Source: Acidimicrobiia bacterium (GTDB lineage Bacteria > Actinomycetota > Acidimicrobiia > Acidimicrobiales > Poriferisodalaceae). Taken from it: a DNA stretch of 64,000 bases. Shown here in pieces: positions 10,782 to 19,915 of the stretch (position 1 is its first letter; each line of letters begins with the position of its first letter). The DNA lies in contig JAJDTF010000099.1 in the NCBI GenBank assembly GCA_022827265.1, forward strand, positions 71,105 to 135,104. Direction: 5' to 3'. The position numbers and the translations under genes were made by a program. The notes under the pieces are model-generated. The model saw nothing but the letters and a program-made list of their open reading frames with translations. It had not been told where the DNA came from and ran no database searches.

Positions 10782-12173
10782 TCACCCCCAGATCGAGCCG
10801 AACGGCCACCTCCCGGTCAGATCGACAAGCCGGACGAGTGTCACGGCCCACAATGCGGCAATCGCACCTACCAAGCCGATCCGCCATCGCTGCAACAATC
10901 GCTCGGCTAATGGCGTCGGTTCTCGCGAGAGCACGACGACCCCAGCCAGTGTGAGAGGAAAGGTCAAGAGCGAGAGGCTCTCGACGAGATTCTCGTCTTC
11001 GGGGAGCACCAGTGCGACGGCGAACGCGGCACCGATCAGCGTCAACACACCGCCGATGATCAGTCGGTGGGCAGTTCGAACACGCGCCCGAACGTTGACG
11101 TTCGCGAAGTACGGCCGAGCCGGATCGGACGCGTAGATCGCCACGGCGTCAGCGGTATCGCGTATCGCGTCGCAGACGGCGAGATCACACCGCTCCTCGA
11201 GAATGTCCGCGACCGAGGGCTCCTCAATGACGACGCCGTGATCCGCTGAGCGAATCTCGATGTGTGTGCTCCTGGCATCGCCAAAGACCACGGCCTGGGT
11301 CATTGTTGCCGAGGGAGCGTCGATCCATGGACGCTGCTCGAACACCTTCAAGGTGCAGGCTTGACCGGCCGGAACGACGGTGTCGACGAATACCTCCCAT
11401 CGCCTCCCATACTCCGCCAGCGCAATCTGGGCCTCCGGCCTCATGTCGGGCACCGCAGCGCAGAACTCGTGAACGAGAAGATCGATGTGCGAGGAATCCG
11501 TCGGTCGATTCGACATGAATGGGATGGCGAGCAGGACACACTCAGATGCGGAGGCTGGATCTTCGCCTTCTTTGAGAGCACTAATGAGCGCTTGTCGGGT
11601 TGGCTCGATCTGCTGACACCAGTCGGCGACCTCGGATTCTCGAACATCGAATCCGAGGTCCGAATTGAGGTAGGCCGTGAGCGCTCTGATGCGGGTTGTG
11701 GCATCGGGCTCACTGCGTTGTCGCCACCGCCGCTGAGGAACTGCCGCGTCCAGTTGCCGCCACCACTCGAACGTCGTCATCGCGGAGATGCCGAACCAGA
11801 GGTCGCTGAGCGGTTCCGCCTGAGCTGGTTCGCCTCGGACATGGTCGATGTACTGGGCTTGGAGTGCCGCGATATCTCGTCGTGGCAGCAACGTGACTGG
11901 GTTCGCGCCCGTGCCTCGGAAGTCAACGTTGAGCAGCAGTTCCTTGGGTCTCACGGTGAACGGAAGCACGAGGCGAACCGCATCGCCGGTCGCCGCACCG
12001 CGCCTGAAGCGCTGCACGAGCCCAAGAGGGATTCGGATCTGATAGGCCACCGACGCCTCGACGTGGTCGCTGTCCCGCAGCACAAACTCGTGAACGGCTC
12101 GCTCCCGCCAGGCCCGCGTGTTGTCCAACAGCGCAAACGTCAGGCGCTGTTCGTTCGACAGATCGATATCCAC
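10782..12173 (-). CDS. hypothetical protein, about 370-aa soluble region plus three C-terminal TM helices
   Basis: 463-aa ORF with a GTG start preceded by gagg. C-terminal hydrophobic stretches are LIIGGVLTLIGAAFAVALVL, LSLLTFPLTLAGVVVL and IGLVGAIAALWAVTLVRLV. No family recognised. Confidence 0.65.
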   Translation of the reverse strand: MDIDLSNEQRLTFALLDNTRAWRERAVHEFVLRDSDHVEASVAYQIRIPLGLVQRFRRGAATGDAVRLVLPFTVRPKELLLNVDFRGTGANPVTLLPRRDIAALQAQYIDHVRGEPAQAEPLSDLWFGISAMTTFEWWRQLDAAVPQRRWRQRSEPDATTRIRALTAYLNSDLGFDVRESEVADWCQQIEPTRQALISALKEGEDPASASECVLLAIPFMSNRPTDSSHIDLLVHEFCAAVPDMRPEAQIALAEYGRRWEVFVDTVVPAGQACTLKVFEQRPWIDAPSATMTQAVVFGDARSTHIEIRSADHGVVIEEPSVADILEERCDLAVCDAIRDTADAVAIYASDPARPYFANVNVRARVRTAHRLIIGGVLTLIGAAFAVALVLPEDENLVESLSLLTFPLTLAGVVVLSREPTPLAERLLQRWRIGLVGAIAALWAVTLVRLVDLTGRWPFGSIWG

Positions 12174-12282
12174 AGCACCTCAGATAGCCCACACCGACAC
12201 GCACGAGTGTGCATTCAGTCCATGCTGTCCGGCGCGGATCGGGAATGCCACTGGATTAATCGCAGCCATCCGTCCGCGGGCT

Positions 12283-12335
12283 GAGGAACTGTCGGCCGCC
12301 CTGGGAGAGTGACGGCAAGCGGCTCCGCTCGCCGC
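12283..12335. repeat. direct repeat copy 2 (displaced relic of the ftsK 3' end)
   Basis: It reads EELSAALGE-stop, versus EELSNALGE-stop in the live ftsK end. The hairpin carries one mismatch (ggcaagcg). Confidence 0.9.
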
Positions 12336-12339
12336 TGGC

Positions 12340-13578
12340 TCAGAGGCCGACGCGGATCTGCAGATTGCGGGGGCCGCGCACCTGCACGCCGCCCCATTCC
12401 ACGCCGCCGCGGCCGACATCGGTGGCGAGCTCGAAGTTCGGGAACCGGGCCAGCCATTCCTCGATGGCAACCTTCAGCTCCATGCGGGCCAGGTTCGAGC
12501 CCAAGCAGCGGTGGATCCCCAGCCCGAACGCGAAGTGGCGGTTCTCGGCGCGGTCGATGATGACTTCATCGGGTCGGTCGAACTTGGCGGGGTCGCGGTT
12601 GCCTGCGCCGAACGGCAGCAGCACCTTGTCGCCGTGAGCGACCGGGCAGCCGCCGATCTGCGCGTCGTCGGTGGCCGTGACCCGCGCCATGGTGACCGGG
12701 GAGTAGGCACGCAGGAATTCCTCGATGGCGGTGGGGATGAGCTCTGGCTCGGCCACGAGCCGCTCGCGGTCGGCAGGGTTCATGGCCAGGTGCATCAAGC
12801 TGGCCGAGATCGAGCTCCACGTGGTGTCGATGCCCGCCAGCAGCAACAGGAAGCTGGCACCGGTGATGTGGTGGTTGGCCAGCGGGTCGCCGTTGGGCAG
12901 CTGCATGTCGAGCAGCTTCGACGGCAGGTCGTCGGCCCGTTCCTGGCGCCGCTGGTCGGTGAGCTCGCCGAAGTAGTGGAGCACCTCACGGGTCGCATTT
13001 GCCCGCCGGTCGAACTCGTCGCCCTTGGACTGCAGAACGTCGACCGCCCAGCGGGTGAACTTGGGCTCGTCCGACTCGGGCAGTCCCAGGATGCGGGCGA
13101 TGACCCGCACGGGAATGTGCTTCGAATAGGTGTCGGCGGCATCGGTCACGCCGCTGCGGCCCTCGTCTGCACCGGTTTCGGCTGCGATCGCGTCGATGCG
13201 CTCGCGGGCGATGCTGCGAGTGACTTCGACCATTTCCTCCACGGCCGTTGGACCGAAGAACGGCAGCAGCAACCGGCGCGCGTCGGTGTGGAACGGCGGG
13301 TCCGAGGTGATCGGCGGGGCGGTGAGCAGCCCGACGCCTTCGGGCGTGGGCGCCACAGCGATGTCGCGGGAGCTGAAGTTCTCGGTGTCGTAGGCGACTG
13401 CTGCGATGTCGTCCCACGTCGTGGGCATCCAGTGCCCGTCATTGTGGGGGCTGTGGGCGACGGGGCACTCGGCGCGCAGATCGTCCCACACGTCTGCGGC
13501 GCCCTGGATGTACTCGTCGCTGTAGACGTCGAAGTCCCGCTCCGCAGAAGCGCTGTCGGTGTCAGCAGTCGTGCTCAT
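12340..13578 (-). CDS. cytochrome P450
   Basis: Heme-binding loop FAFGLGIHRCLGSNLA, ExxR (EEFLR) and I-helix LLLAGIDTT. Confidence 0.95.
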   Translation of the reverse strand: MSTTADTDSASAERDFDVYSDEYIQGAADVWDDLRAECPVAHSPHNDGHWMPTTWDDIAAVAYDTENFSSRDIAVAPTPEGVGLLTAPPITSDPPFHTDARRLLLPFFGPTAVEEMVEVTRSIARERIDAIAAETGADEGRSGVTDAADTYSKHIPVRVIARILGLPESDEPKFTRWAVDVLQSKGDEFDRRANATREVLHYFGELTDQRRQERADDLPSKLLDMQLPNGDPLANHHITGASFLLLLAGIDTTWSSISASLMHLAMNPADRERLVAEPELIPTAIEEFLRAYSPVTMARVTATDDAQIGGCPVAHGDKVLLPFGAGNRDPAKFDRPDEVIIDRAENRHFAFGLGIHRCLGSNLARMELKVAIEEWLARFPNFELATDVGRGGVEWGGVQVRGPRNLQIRVGL

Positions 13579-13703
13579 GGCGGCTCCCTTTGAGTCCCCG
13601 CGGGCGCGGTCCGTGGCGCTTCCCAGCGTAGGCGACGGGTTCTACGCTGCGCCGTAGTACTGAGCAGTCACGAGCGGCAGCTTCGCTGGCTCGAGGGGGG
13701 CAC

Positions 13704-14666
13704 ATGCCAGCACACACAGCACACGCAGGTCATGAGACGCACACGTCAGTCGAGGCGGCGCAGCTCAACGAGGTGGCCCCGGGCGTGTACAGCTACGTGC
13801 AGCCCGACGGCACGTGGTTCATCAACAACATGGGGTTCGTCGCCGGCTCCAGCGCCGTGGTGTCGATCGACACCACCTCCACGGAGCGCCGCAACCGGGC
13901 CTATCTCGACGCCATCGCCTCGGTGACGTCGAACCCGGTGAGGGTTGTGGTCAACACGCACCATCACGCCGATCACACCCACGGCAACTACCAGTTCGCC
14001 GACGCCACGATCATCTCTCACGCCAAGTGCCGTGACGTGATGGTGGCCGCCGGCATCCCCGACTACAGCGCAGTCTTTCCCGGCGTCGAGTGGGGCGACC
14101 TGCAATTCCGGGCGCCAGACGTGACCTTCGAGGGCTCGATGGTGCTGCACCTCGACGATCGTCGCATCGAGCTGTCGGACCTGGGCTTCGTGGCCCACAC
14201 CGACGGCGACATCGTGGCGTGGCTGCCGGACTGCCGGGTGCTGTTCTGCGGCGACCTGATCTTCCACGGCGGCACGCCGTTCGCGCTGTTCGGATCGGTC
14301 GCGGGGACCATCCGGGCCATGGACGTCATCGAGAGCTTCGGCGCAGAGGTGATCGTGCCGGGCCACGGTCCGCACTTCGGCGGCGACGACATCGCTCGCG
14401 TGCTCGACGAGCAGCGCTCCTACCTGCGCTTCGTGCAGGAAGCGGCCGCCGAAGGCCTCGCAGCAGGCAGGACGCCGCTCGAGCAGGCCCAGGCCACCGA
14501 TCTCGGCCCGCACGGCCGCTACACCGACCCTGAGCGTCTCGCCGGCAACCTGCACGTCGCCTACCGCGAGGCAGCCTCGGGCGGCTACGAATTCCCCGGC
14601 GTCCCCCAAGCGATCATGGACATGGTCGCCTACAACGGCGGCGCCCTGCCGCGCTGTCTGGCCTGA
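13704..14666 (+). CDS. MBL-fold metallo-hydrolase
   Basis: VNTHHHADHTHGN (HxHxDH), with downstream His/Asp ligand contexts (AHTDGD, VPGHG). SD-like gagggggg lies upstream of the ATG. Confidence 0.9.
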   Translation: MPAHTAHAGHETHTSVEAAQLNEVAPGVYSYVQPDGTWFINNMGFVAGSSAVVSIDTTSTERRNRAYLDAIASVTSNPVRVVVNTHHHADHTHGNYQFADATIISHAKCRDVMVAAGIPDYSAVFPGVEWGDLQFRAPDVTFEGSMVLHLDDRRIELSDLGFVAHTDGDIVAWLPDCRVLFCGDLIFHGGTPFALFGSVAGTIRAMDVIESFGAEVIVPGHGPHFGGDDIARVLDEQRSYLRFVQEAAAEGLAAGRTPLEQAQATDLGPHGRYTDPERLAGNLHVAYREAASGGYEFPGVPQAIMDMVAYNGGALPRCLA

Positions 14667-14790
14667 GTTCGGGCGCCGGCGGCAGGAGGCGACCCATCCG
14701 AGGCTGCGCCTTCAACGGCGGCGCCCTGCCGCGCTGCTTGGCGTAGCCATCGCCGGCGGCACGAGGCGAGAGCATCGGGGTTGATTCGGC
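14631..14790. repeat. about 80-bp tandem duplication of the MBL-hydrolase 3' end
   Basis: caacggcggcgccctgccgcgctg occurs at 14633 and 14713. cgccggcggca(g/c)gaggcga occurs at 14674 and 14751. The second copy encodes FNGGALPRCLA-stop versus the live YNGGALPRCLA-stop. Confidence 0.85.
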
Positions 14791-14801
14791 ATGCCGTTTC
14801 G

Positions 14802-14840
14802 TGGAACGGTTGACGAAAACTGGCTATAGTCGGCCAGTTT
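14802..14840 (+). promoter_or_regulatory. candidate promoter (-10 TATAGT at 14825-14830) embedded in a perfect inverted repeat aaactggc-N8-gccagttt (14817-14840); likely operator of the iol/ABC operon
   Basis: The IR arms are exact reverse complements and straddle the -10-like hexamer. ggagg (14844-14848) and the ATG at 14853 follow directly. Confidence 0.4.
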
Positions 14841-14852
14841 CTGGAGGCGTAC

Positions 14853-15746
14853 ATGACAAGATCACTGCGCGAGCGTCTGGCTGCGGCTCCGATCACGTGG
14901 GGCGTATGCGAGGTCCCGGGATGGGGACACCAGCTCAGCCCCGATGAAGTGCTGTCGGACATGGCCGCGCTGGGCTTCACGCACACGGAATTCGGCTCCG
15001 TGGGCTTCCTGCCGACCGATGGACACGAGCTCGCTGCACTGCTGCAGCGTTACGGATTGTCGCTGCTCGGGGGCTTCGTTGCTGTGGTGCTCCATGATCC
15101 CGAGCGTCTTGAGATCGAGATGGCGCGTGTCGCCGCGGTCGTCGCCCAGATGGCTTCAGCGAGCGGGATGTGGTTCGTCAGCTGCCCGGTGTTCGACCAT
15201 GACGACTGGCAGCGCCCCCAGCTTGACAGCGCCCAGTGGAGCCACGTGTTTCACGGGCTTGCGGCCATCGACGACATCGCCGCTCAATCAGGCATGAAGC
15301 ATGCATTCCACCCTCATGTGGGCTCGCTGATCCAGGACGATGTCGAGACGCGCGCGGTTCTCGAGCACACCGATACACAACTCGTGCTCGATACGGCACA
15401 CCTCACATTGGGCGGAACCGATCCCGCGGCGTTGGTTGGCAGCCACCGCGATCGCATTGGGCTGGTGCACCTGAAGGATGTCGATGCCGGGGTGGCGAAG
15501 CGGCTTCGCAACGGCGAGATCAGCCTGATGAGTGCCGTTCAGCTGGGGCTTTTCCCCCCCTTGGGGCGGGGCGCAGTTCCGTTGACTGACATCATCCGCT
15601 CGTTGGAGCAAGCACCGTCTGACCTCTGGTACGTGCTGGAGCAGGATGCGGCGCTCAGCGGTCCGGATACCGCCGATGTGGAACGGTTGCGGCGCGGCGT
15701 CGTCCAGAGCCTGCAGTTTGTGCAAGACTTCGACGCGGTGCGCTAG
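14853..15746 (+). CDS. sugar phosphate isomerase/epimerase (xylose-isomerase-like TIM barrel), inosose dehydratase IolE-like
   Basis: 297 aa. APITWGVCEVPGWG at the N-terminus and HPHVGS...LDTAHL...HLKD metal-site contexts. Genomic context with iolD and iolG. Confidence 0.75.
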   Translation: MTRSLRERLAAAPITWGVCEVPGWGHQLSPDEVLSDMAALGFTHTEFGSVGFLPTDGHELAALLQRYGLSLLGGFVAVVLHDPERLEIEMARVAAVVAQMASASGMWFVSCPVFDHDDWQRPQLDSAQWSHVFHGLAAIDDIAAQSGMKHAFHPHVGSLIQDDVETRAVLEHTDTQLVLDTAHLTLGGTDPAALVGSHRDRIGLVHLKDVDAGVAKRLRNGEISLMSAVQLGLFPPLGRGAVPLTDIIRSLEQAPSDLWYVLEQDAALSGPDTADVERLRRGVVQSLQFVQDFDAVR

Positions 15747-15808
15747 CACTCCAGGGGAAACGGGCGCTGGCGTTCGTGCCGTTCACGTCTTCAGGAGGAA
15801 GAACAGAC

Positions 15809-16843
15809 ATGAGGCGTATTACTCGACTGCTTGCACTGCTTGCGGCAATGACATTGTTCGCAGCAGCGTGCAGCGGCGACAGCTCCGACGAGACCACCGA
15901 CGAGCCGGACGCACCGGCGCCTGCGGAGACCACTGAGGCCGCATCGGATGCGGCCGAAGTCACGCTCACGCAGAGCGACTGCGACAAGACGTACCACGTG
16001 ATCACCCACGGCGACTCGGGAACCTTCTGGTCGGTCGTAGAGGTGGCAGTAGCGGATGCGTCCGATGCCATCGGCTGCGATGTCGTCTACTTCGGCGCCA
16101 ACAACGACGCGCAGGCGCAGTCACAGGCCATCGAGGGTGCGATCGCCGACGGTTCCGATGGCATCGCCATCTCACTGGCGGATCCCGCAGGTCTCGAAGC
16201 CGCCGCCCGTGCGGTCGTGGCAGCAGGCATCCCCCTGTACACGCTGAACTCCGGCGTCAACAACTACGAGGACCTCGGCGCCGTCACCCACATCGGTCAG
16301 ACCGAGATCGTGGCCGGCCAAGGCGCCGGAAAGCGGTTCAACGCCTTGGGCGCCACCCATGTGCTGTGCGCACGCCAGGAGCAGGCCAACATCGGTCTTG
16401 AGGAGCGCTGCCAGGGTCTCGCGGAGACATTCAACGGACAGGTGACTTCCGAATTCGTCGGCCTCGACGCGAACCCCGATGAGCAGGAGCAGACCATCGC
16501 CTCGATCCTCACTGCGGATTCCAGCATCGATGCGGTGCTGGGCGTCGGGCCGAACCTGCCGCTGCGGGCGCTCGACGCTGCCGAGTCGGCTGGGCGCACG
16601 CTGCACATCGGCGGCTTCGACCTGTCCTCGGACCTCATCTCTGCAATCGAAGCGGGCGACATCGCTTTCACCGTCGACCAGCAGCAGTACCTGCAGGGCT
16701 ACATCCCCGTGATCTTGATGCACCTGCAGGCAACGAACCAGAACACTGCCGGCGGCGGCCTGCCGATCCTGACCGGTCCAGGTTTCGTCACGCCTGACAA
16801 CGCTGCGGAGGTCGCAGCGCTCGTCAGCGCCGGCACGAGGTAG
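15809..16843 (+). CDS. sugar ABC transporter substrate-binding lipoprotein
   Basis: aggagg 10 nt upstream of the ATG. Lipobox LFAAAC-SGD. Periplasmic-binding-protein type I fold signature along its length. Confidence 0.9.
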   Translation: MRRITRLLALLAAMTLFAAACSGDSSDETTDEPDAPAPAETTEAASDAAEVTLTQSDCDKTYHVITHGDSGTFWSVVEVAVADASDAIGCDVVYFGANNDAQAQSQAIEGAIADGSDGIAISLADPAGLEAAARAVVAAGIPLYTLNSGVNNYEDLGAVTHIGQTEIVAGQGAGKRFNALGATHVLCARQEQANIGLEERCQGLAETFNGQVTSEFVGLDANPDEQEQTIASILTADSSIDAVLGVGPNLPLRALDAAESAGRTLHIGGFDLSSDLISAIEAGDIAFTVDQQQYLQGYIPVILMHLQATNQNTAGGGLPILTGPGFVTPDNAAEVAALVSAGTR

Positions 16844-16851
16844 CCCTCCCA

Positions 16852-19134
16852 ATGGCGGCCGCCACCGCCGACGGGGCCGACGAACGGCTCGCATATCGCG
16901 GGCCGATCCAACAGCTGCTCACCCGTCCTGAGATTGGTGCGCTGCTCGGCCTCGCCGGCGTGTGGCTGCTGTTCTGGCTGACATCTGAAGCATTCGGCAC
17001 CGCAGGGGGAACAGCCAACTTCCTCGACGTGGCGGCGCTGCTCGGCATCATGGCGGTGCCGGTGGCGCTGCTGATGATCGGCGGCGAGTTCGACCTGTCG
17101 TCGGGCGCCATGACAGGCGCCACCGCCGTCTTCGTCATCCTGATGAGCCGCGAGGTGGGCGAGCTGGGAGGCGCCGGGTTCAGCCTGCACCTCGCTGTGC
17201 CGCTGTCGCTGTGCTTCGCACTGGCGATCGGCTGGTTCAACGGCACGCTCGTCGAGCGCACGTCGCTGCCCAGTTTCATCGTCACGCTGGGCACGTTCTT
17301 CATCCTCATCGGCGCCAAGCTCGGCTTCGGCAAGCTGTTCACCAACAAGGTCATCGTCGAGGGGCTCGACGAGGCGCAGGGCTACGCGTTCTGGGACGAC
17401 ATCTTCGGTGCCGAGTGGATCCGCAACCAGCACATCTGGGACGGCCGCGACTGGGCATGGGCAGGGCTGCTCGTGCTCGCGGGCGTTGCCCTGCTGTTGG
17501 GGCTGCTGGAGATGAGCTACACCCGGCGGCCCGACCCGCCGTCATGGGCTGCGCCCGGCGCGTTCGCCGGGGCCGTCGCGGTGCCGCTGTTCGGCTTCGT
17601 GATGCTCCTGAGGTCCGACGGCACTGCCTCGAACTGGCTGTGGGGGGCTGTCATCGCCGCAGGAACCCTGGCGGGTGTCGCTAGCTGGTGCAGATCCCGC
17701 TACGAGCCGGTGCAGCGGCGCCGACCGGCGCCCGACAACCGCACGATGCGGATGATCGCCATCGGCGTCGGCGCTGTCGTGGTCGCCGTGGTGTTGGCAC
17801 TCGTCATGGATGCGACGAACACCGACCAGCTCGGCTTCCTCGGGGGCGGTCTCGGGCGTGCGGTATTCGCCATCGGCATCGCTGCTACCGGTGTGTTGGC
17901 CGCGCTGGCCGCGACCGGCCATGTCCGCTCGAGCGCACCGGTCATCGGCGTAGTCGTGGCGCTGTTGCCCGCGATCAGCTTCATGATGACCGTCCAGGCC
18001 GCCCGGGCGCTGCTGTTCGGCGGCCTCGCTGTGGCCGGCGTGGTGGCGCTGATGCTGGTGGCGGCGCGGACCGACCTCTCGCTATGGCTGCCGATGGCGA
18101 CCGCAGCCATCGTGGCTGTCGCCGCGTTCGTAGTGCAGGCCGAGTCCGAATCGCGCAAACTGCGCGTCGAGCTGTTCTCGGTGCTGCTCCTGATCGCGCT
18201 CGCGCTCGCGGCCACCGCAGCGGCCCGGGCTCTCGCACAGCGTCGCAGCACGGCGGTGCCCGTGCCGCAGATGGGGCTATGGCCGCGCGTCGCCATGGCG
18301 GTCGGCGGCGCTGCGGCCATCGTGTTCGCCGTGATCGAGCTGACCGACGGCGACGGCCTGCTCTACGCCCTGTCGACCGGAGCCGCCAAGGGCGGCGCGA
18401 TAGCGCTCGGCATCTTCGCCGTCGGCACGTTCTACCGGTTGCTGTTCAGTCGTGACGAAGGCATGGGCCGGCCTCTCGTGAGGGTCGGGCTGGCGGCTGC
18501 GGGCCTGGCGCTTGCGGTCAAGCTGATGTTCATCACTACCTTGGAGGAAGAGGCGACCCAGGCGGTGACCCGGTTCCGCGTCTCGGTGCTCTTCTACCTG
18601 CTGTTCGCCGCGATCGGCGCATGGGTCCTGGCCAAGACGCGCTTCGGCAGCTGGACCTTCGCCGTGGGCGGCAACAAGGACGCCGCCCGGTCGGTGGGCG
18701 TCCCGGCTGCCCGCACCAAGACGACGCTGTTCATGCTGGTGTCGGTCTGCGCCTGGGTCGCGGGCATGCTCATCGCCTTCCGCCTCAATTCGGTGCAGGC
18801 CAATGTCGGCGACGGCAACGAGTTCCGCTACATCATCGTGGCCGTCGTGGGCGGCAACCTGCTGACCGGCGGCTATGGCTCCGCTATCGGCGCGGCGATC
18901 GGAGCGCTCATCTGGGGGATGATCAGTCAGGGCATCGGTTTCGCGCGCTGGAATACCGACTGGCGCTTTCTCGTGCTCGGCGGGCTGTTGGTGGTGGCGG
19001 TGATCGTCAACAACTACGTACGCCAGCGAGCAGAGCGGTCGCAGGCGGCGCGCGGTGATCCCGACGATGACGGTCCGCCGGGCGACGATGCCGGCGCGGC
19101 CGACGAATCTGTCTCTGCAGGAGCTGAGCCATGA
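16852..19134 (+). CDS. ABC transporter permease (RbsC/FrcC type) with a very large internal hydrophobic insertion
   Basis: The N-terminal about 175 aa and the C-terminal about 190 aa ([23 protein letters not shown]...) look like a normal BPD_transp_2 permease. About 400 aa of extra TM helices lie between them. The stop overlaps the ATPase start (ATGA). Confidence 0.85.
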   Translation: MAAATADGADERLAYRGPIQQLLTRPEIGALLGLAGVWLLFWLTSEAFGTAGGTANFLDVAALLGIMAVPVALLMIGGEFDLSSGAMTGATAVFVILMSREVGELGGAGFSLHLAVPLSLCFALAIGWFNGTLVERTSLPSFIVTLGTFFILIGAKLGFGKLFTNKVIVEGLDEAQGYAFWDDIFGAEWIRNQHIWDGRDWAWAGLLVLAGVALLLGLLEMSYTRRPDPPSWAAPGAFAGAVAVPLFGFVMLLRSDGTASNWLWGAVIAAGTLAGVASWCRSRYEPVQRRRPAPDNRTMRMIAIGVGAVVVAVVLALVMDATNTDQLGFLGGGLGRAVFAIGIAATGVLAALAATGHVRSSAPVIGVVVALLPAISFMMTVQAARALLFGGLAVAGVVALMLVAARTDLSLWLPMATAAIVAVAAFVVQAESESRKLRVELFSVLLLIALALAATAAARALAQRRSTAVPVPQMGLWPRVAMAVGGAAAIVFAVIELTDGDGLLYALSTGAAKGGAIALGIFAVGTFYRLLFSRDEGMGRPLVRVGLAAAGLALAVKLMFITTLEEEATQAVTRFRVSVLFYLLFAAIGAWVLAKTRFGSWTFAVGGNKDAARSVGVPAARTKTTLFMLVSVCAWVAGMLIAFRLNSVQANVGDGNEFRYIIVAVVGGNLLTGGYGSAIGAAIGALIWGMISQGIGFARWNTDWRFLVLGGLLVVAVIVNNYVRQRAERSQAARGDPDDDGPPGDDAGAADESVSAGAEP

Positions 19135-19907
19135 GCGACTCGCTGATCGAACTGCGGAACATCTCGAAGTTCTACGGCAACATCATCGCCCTGACCGGGG
19201 TGTCCACCACGGTCAACCCCGGTGAGGTGACGTGTGTGCTCGGCGACAACGGCGCCGGCAAGTCCACATTCATCAAGATCCTCGCGGGCGTGCACCAGCA
19301 CGACGAGGGGGAACTGCTGCTGGAGGGGGAGGAGGTCAAATTCTCTTCGCCTCGGGCAGCTCTCGCTGCCGGCATCGCCACCGTGTACCAGGACTTGGCC
19401 ATGGTGCCGCTCATGTCGGTCTGGCGGAACTTCTTCCTCGGCGCAGAGCCCACAAGGGGATTCGGGCCGTTCCGCCTGATCGATATCGAGAAGGCCAAGC
19501 AGATCGCCAAGGCACAGCTCGCGGAGATGGGCATCGACATCCGTGACACCGAGCAACCGGTGGGCACGCTGTCGGGCGGCGAGCGTCAGTCGGTAGCGAT
19601 CGCGCGGGCCAGCTACTTCGGCGCCCGCGTGTTGATCCTCGACGAGCCCACTTCGGCGCTCGGCGTCAAGCAGTCCGGCGTTGTGCTGCGGCGCATCGTG
19701 GAAGCGCGTGATCGAGGGCTCGCAGTGATCTTCATCACGCACAACCCCAATCATGCGTACCCGGTCGGCGACCGCTTCGTGATCCTCAATCGCGGTCACT
19801 CCATGGGCAATTTTGCCAAGGAAGACATCAGCCAGGCCGAGCTGACGCAGATGATGGCCGGCGGTGCCGAGCTCGAAGCGCTGCAGCACGAGCTGGCAAC
19901 GCACTGA
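19131..19907 (+). CDS. sugar ABC transporter ATP-binding protein (single-cassette, FrcA-like)
   Basis: Walker [10 protein letters not shown], signature LSGGERQ, Walker [10 protein letters not shown]-loop ITHN. Confidence 0.95.
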   Translation: MSDSLIELRNISKFYGNIIALTGVSTTVNPGEVTCVLGDNGAGKSTFIKILAGVHQHDEGELLLEGEEVKFSSPRAALAAGIATVYQDLAMVPLMSVWRNFFLGAEPTRGFGPFRLIDIEKAKQIAKAQLAEMGIDIRDTEQPVGTLSGGERQSVAIARASYFGARVLILDEPTSALGVKQSGVVLRRIVEARDRGLAVIFITHNPNHAYPVGDRFVILNRGHSMGNFAKEDISQAELTQMMAGGAELEALQHELATH

Positions 19908-19915
19908 ACCGATCA

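Larger units (their letters stand above)
10461..12282. mobile_element. about 1.8-kb inserted segment between ftsK and the P450 gene, bounded by 53-bp direct repeats; no recombinase
   Basis: Flanked by imperfect direct repeats of the ftsK 3' end. It carries two minus-strand ORFs of no recognised family. By eye it is somewhat less GC-rich than its neighbours. Confidence 0.45.
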
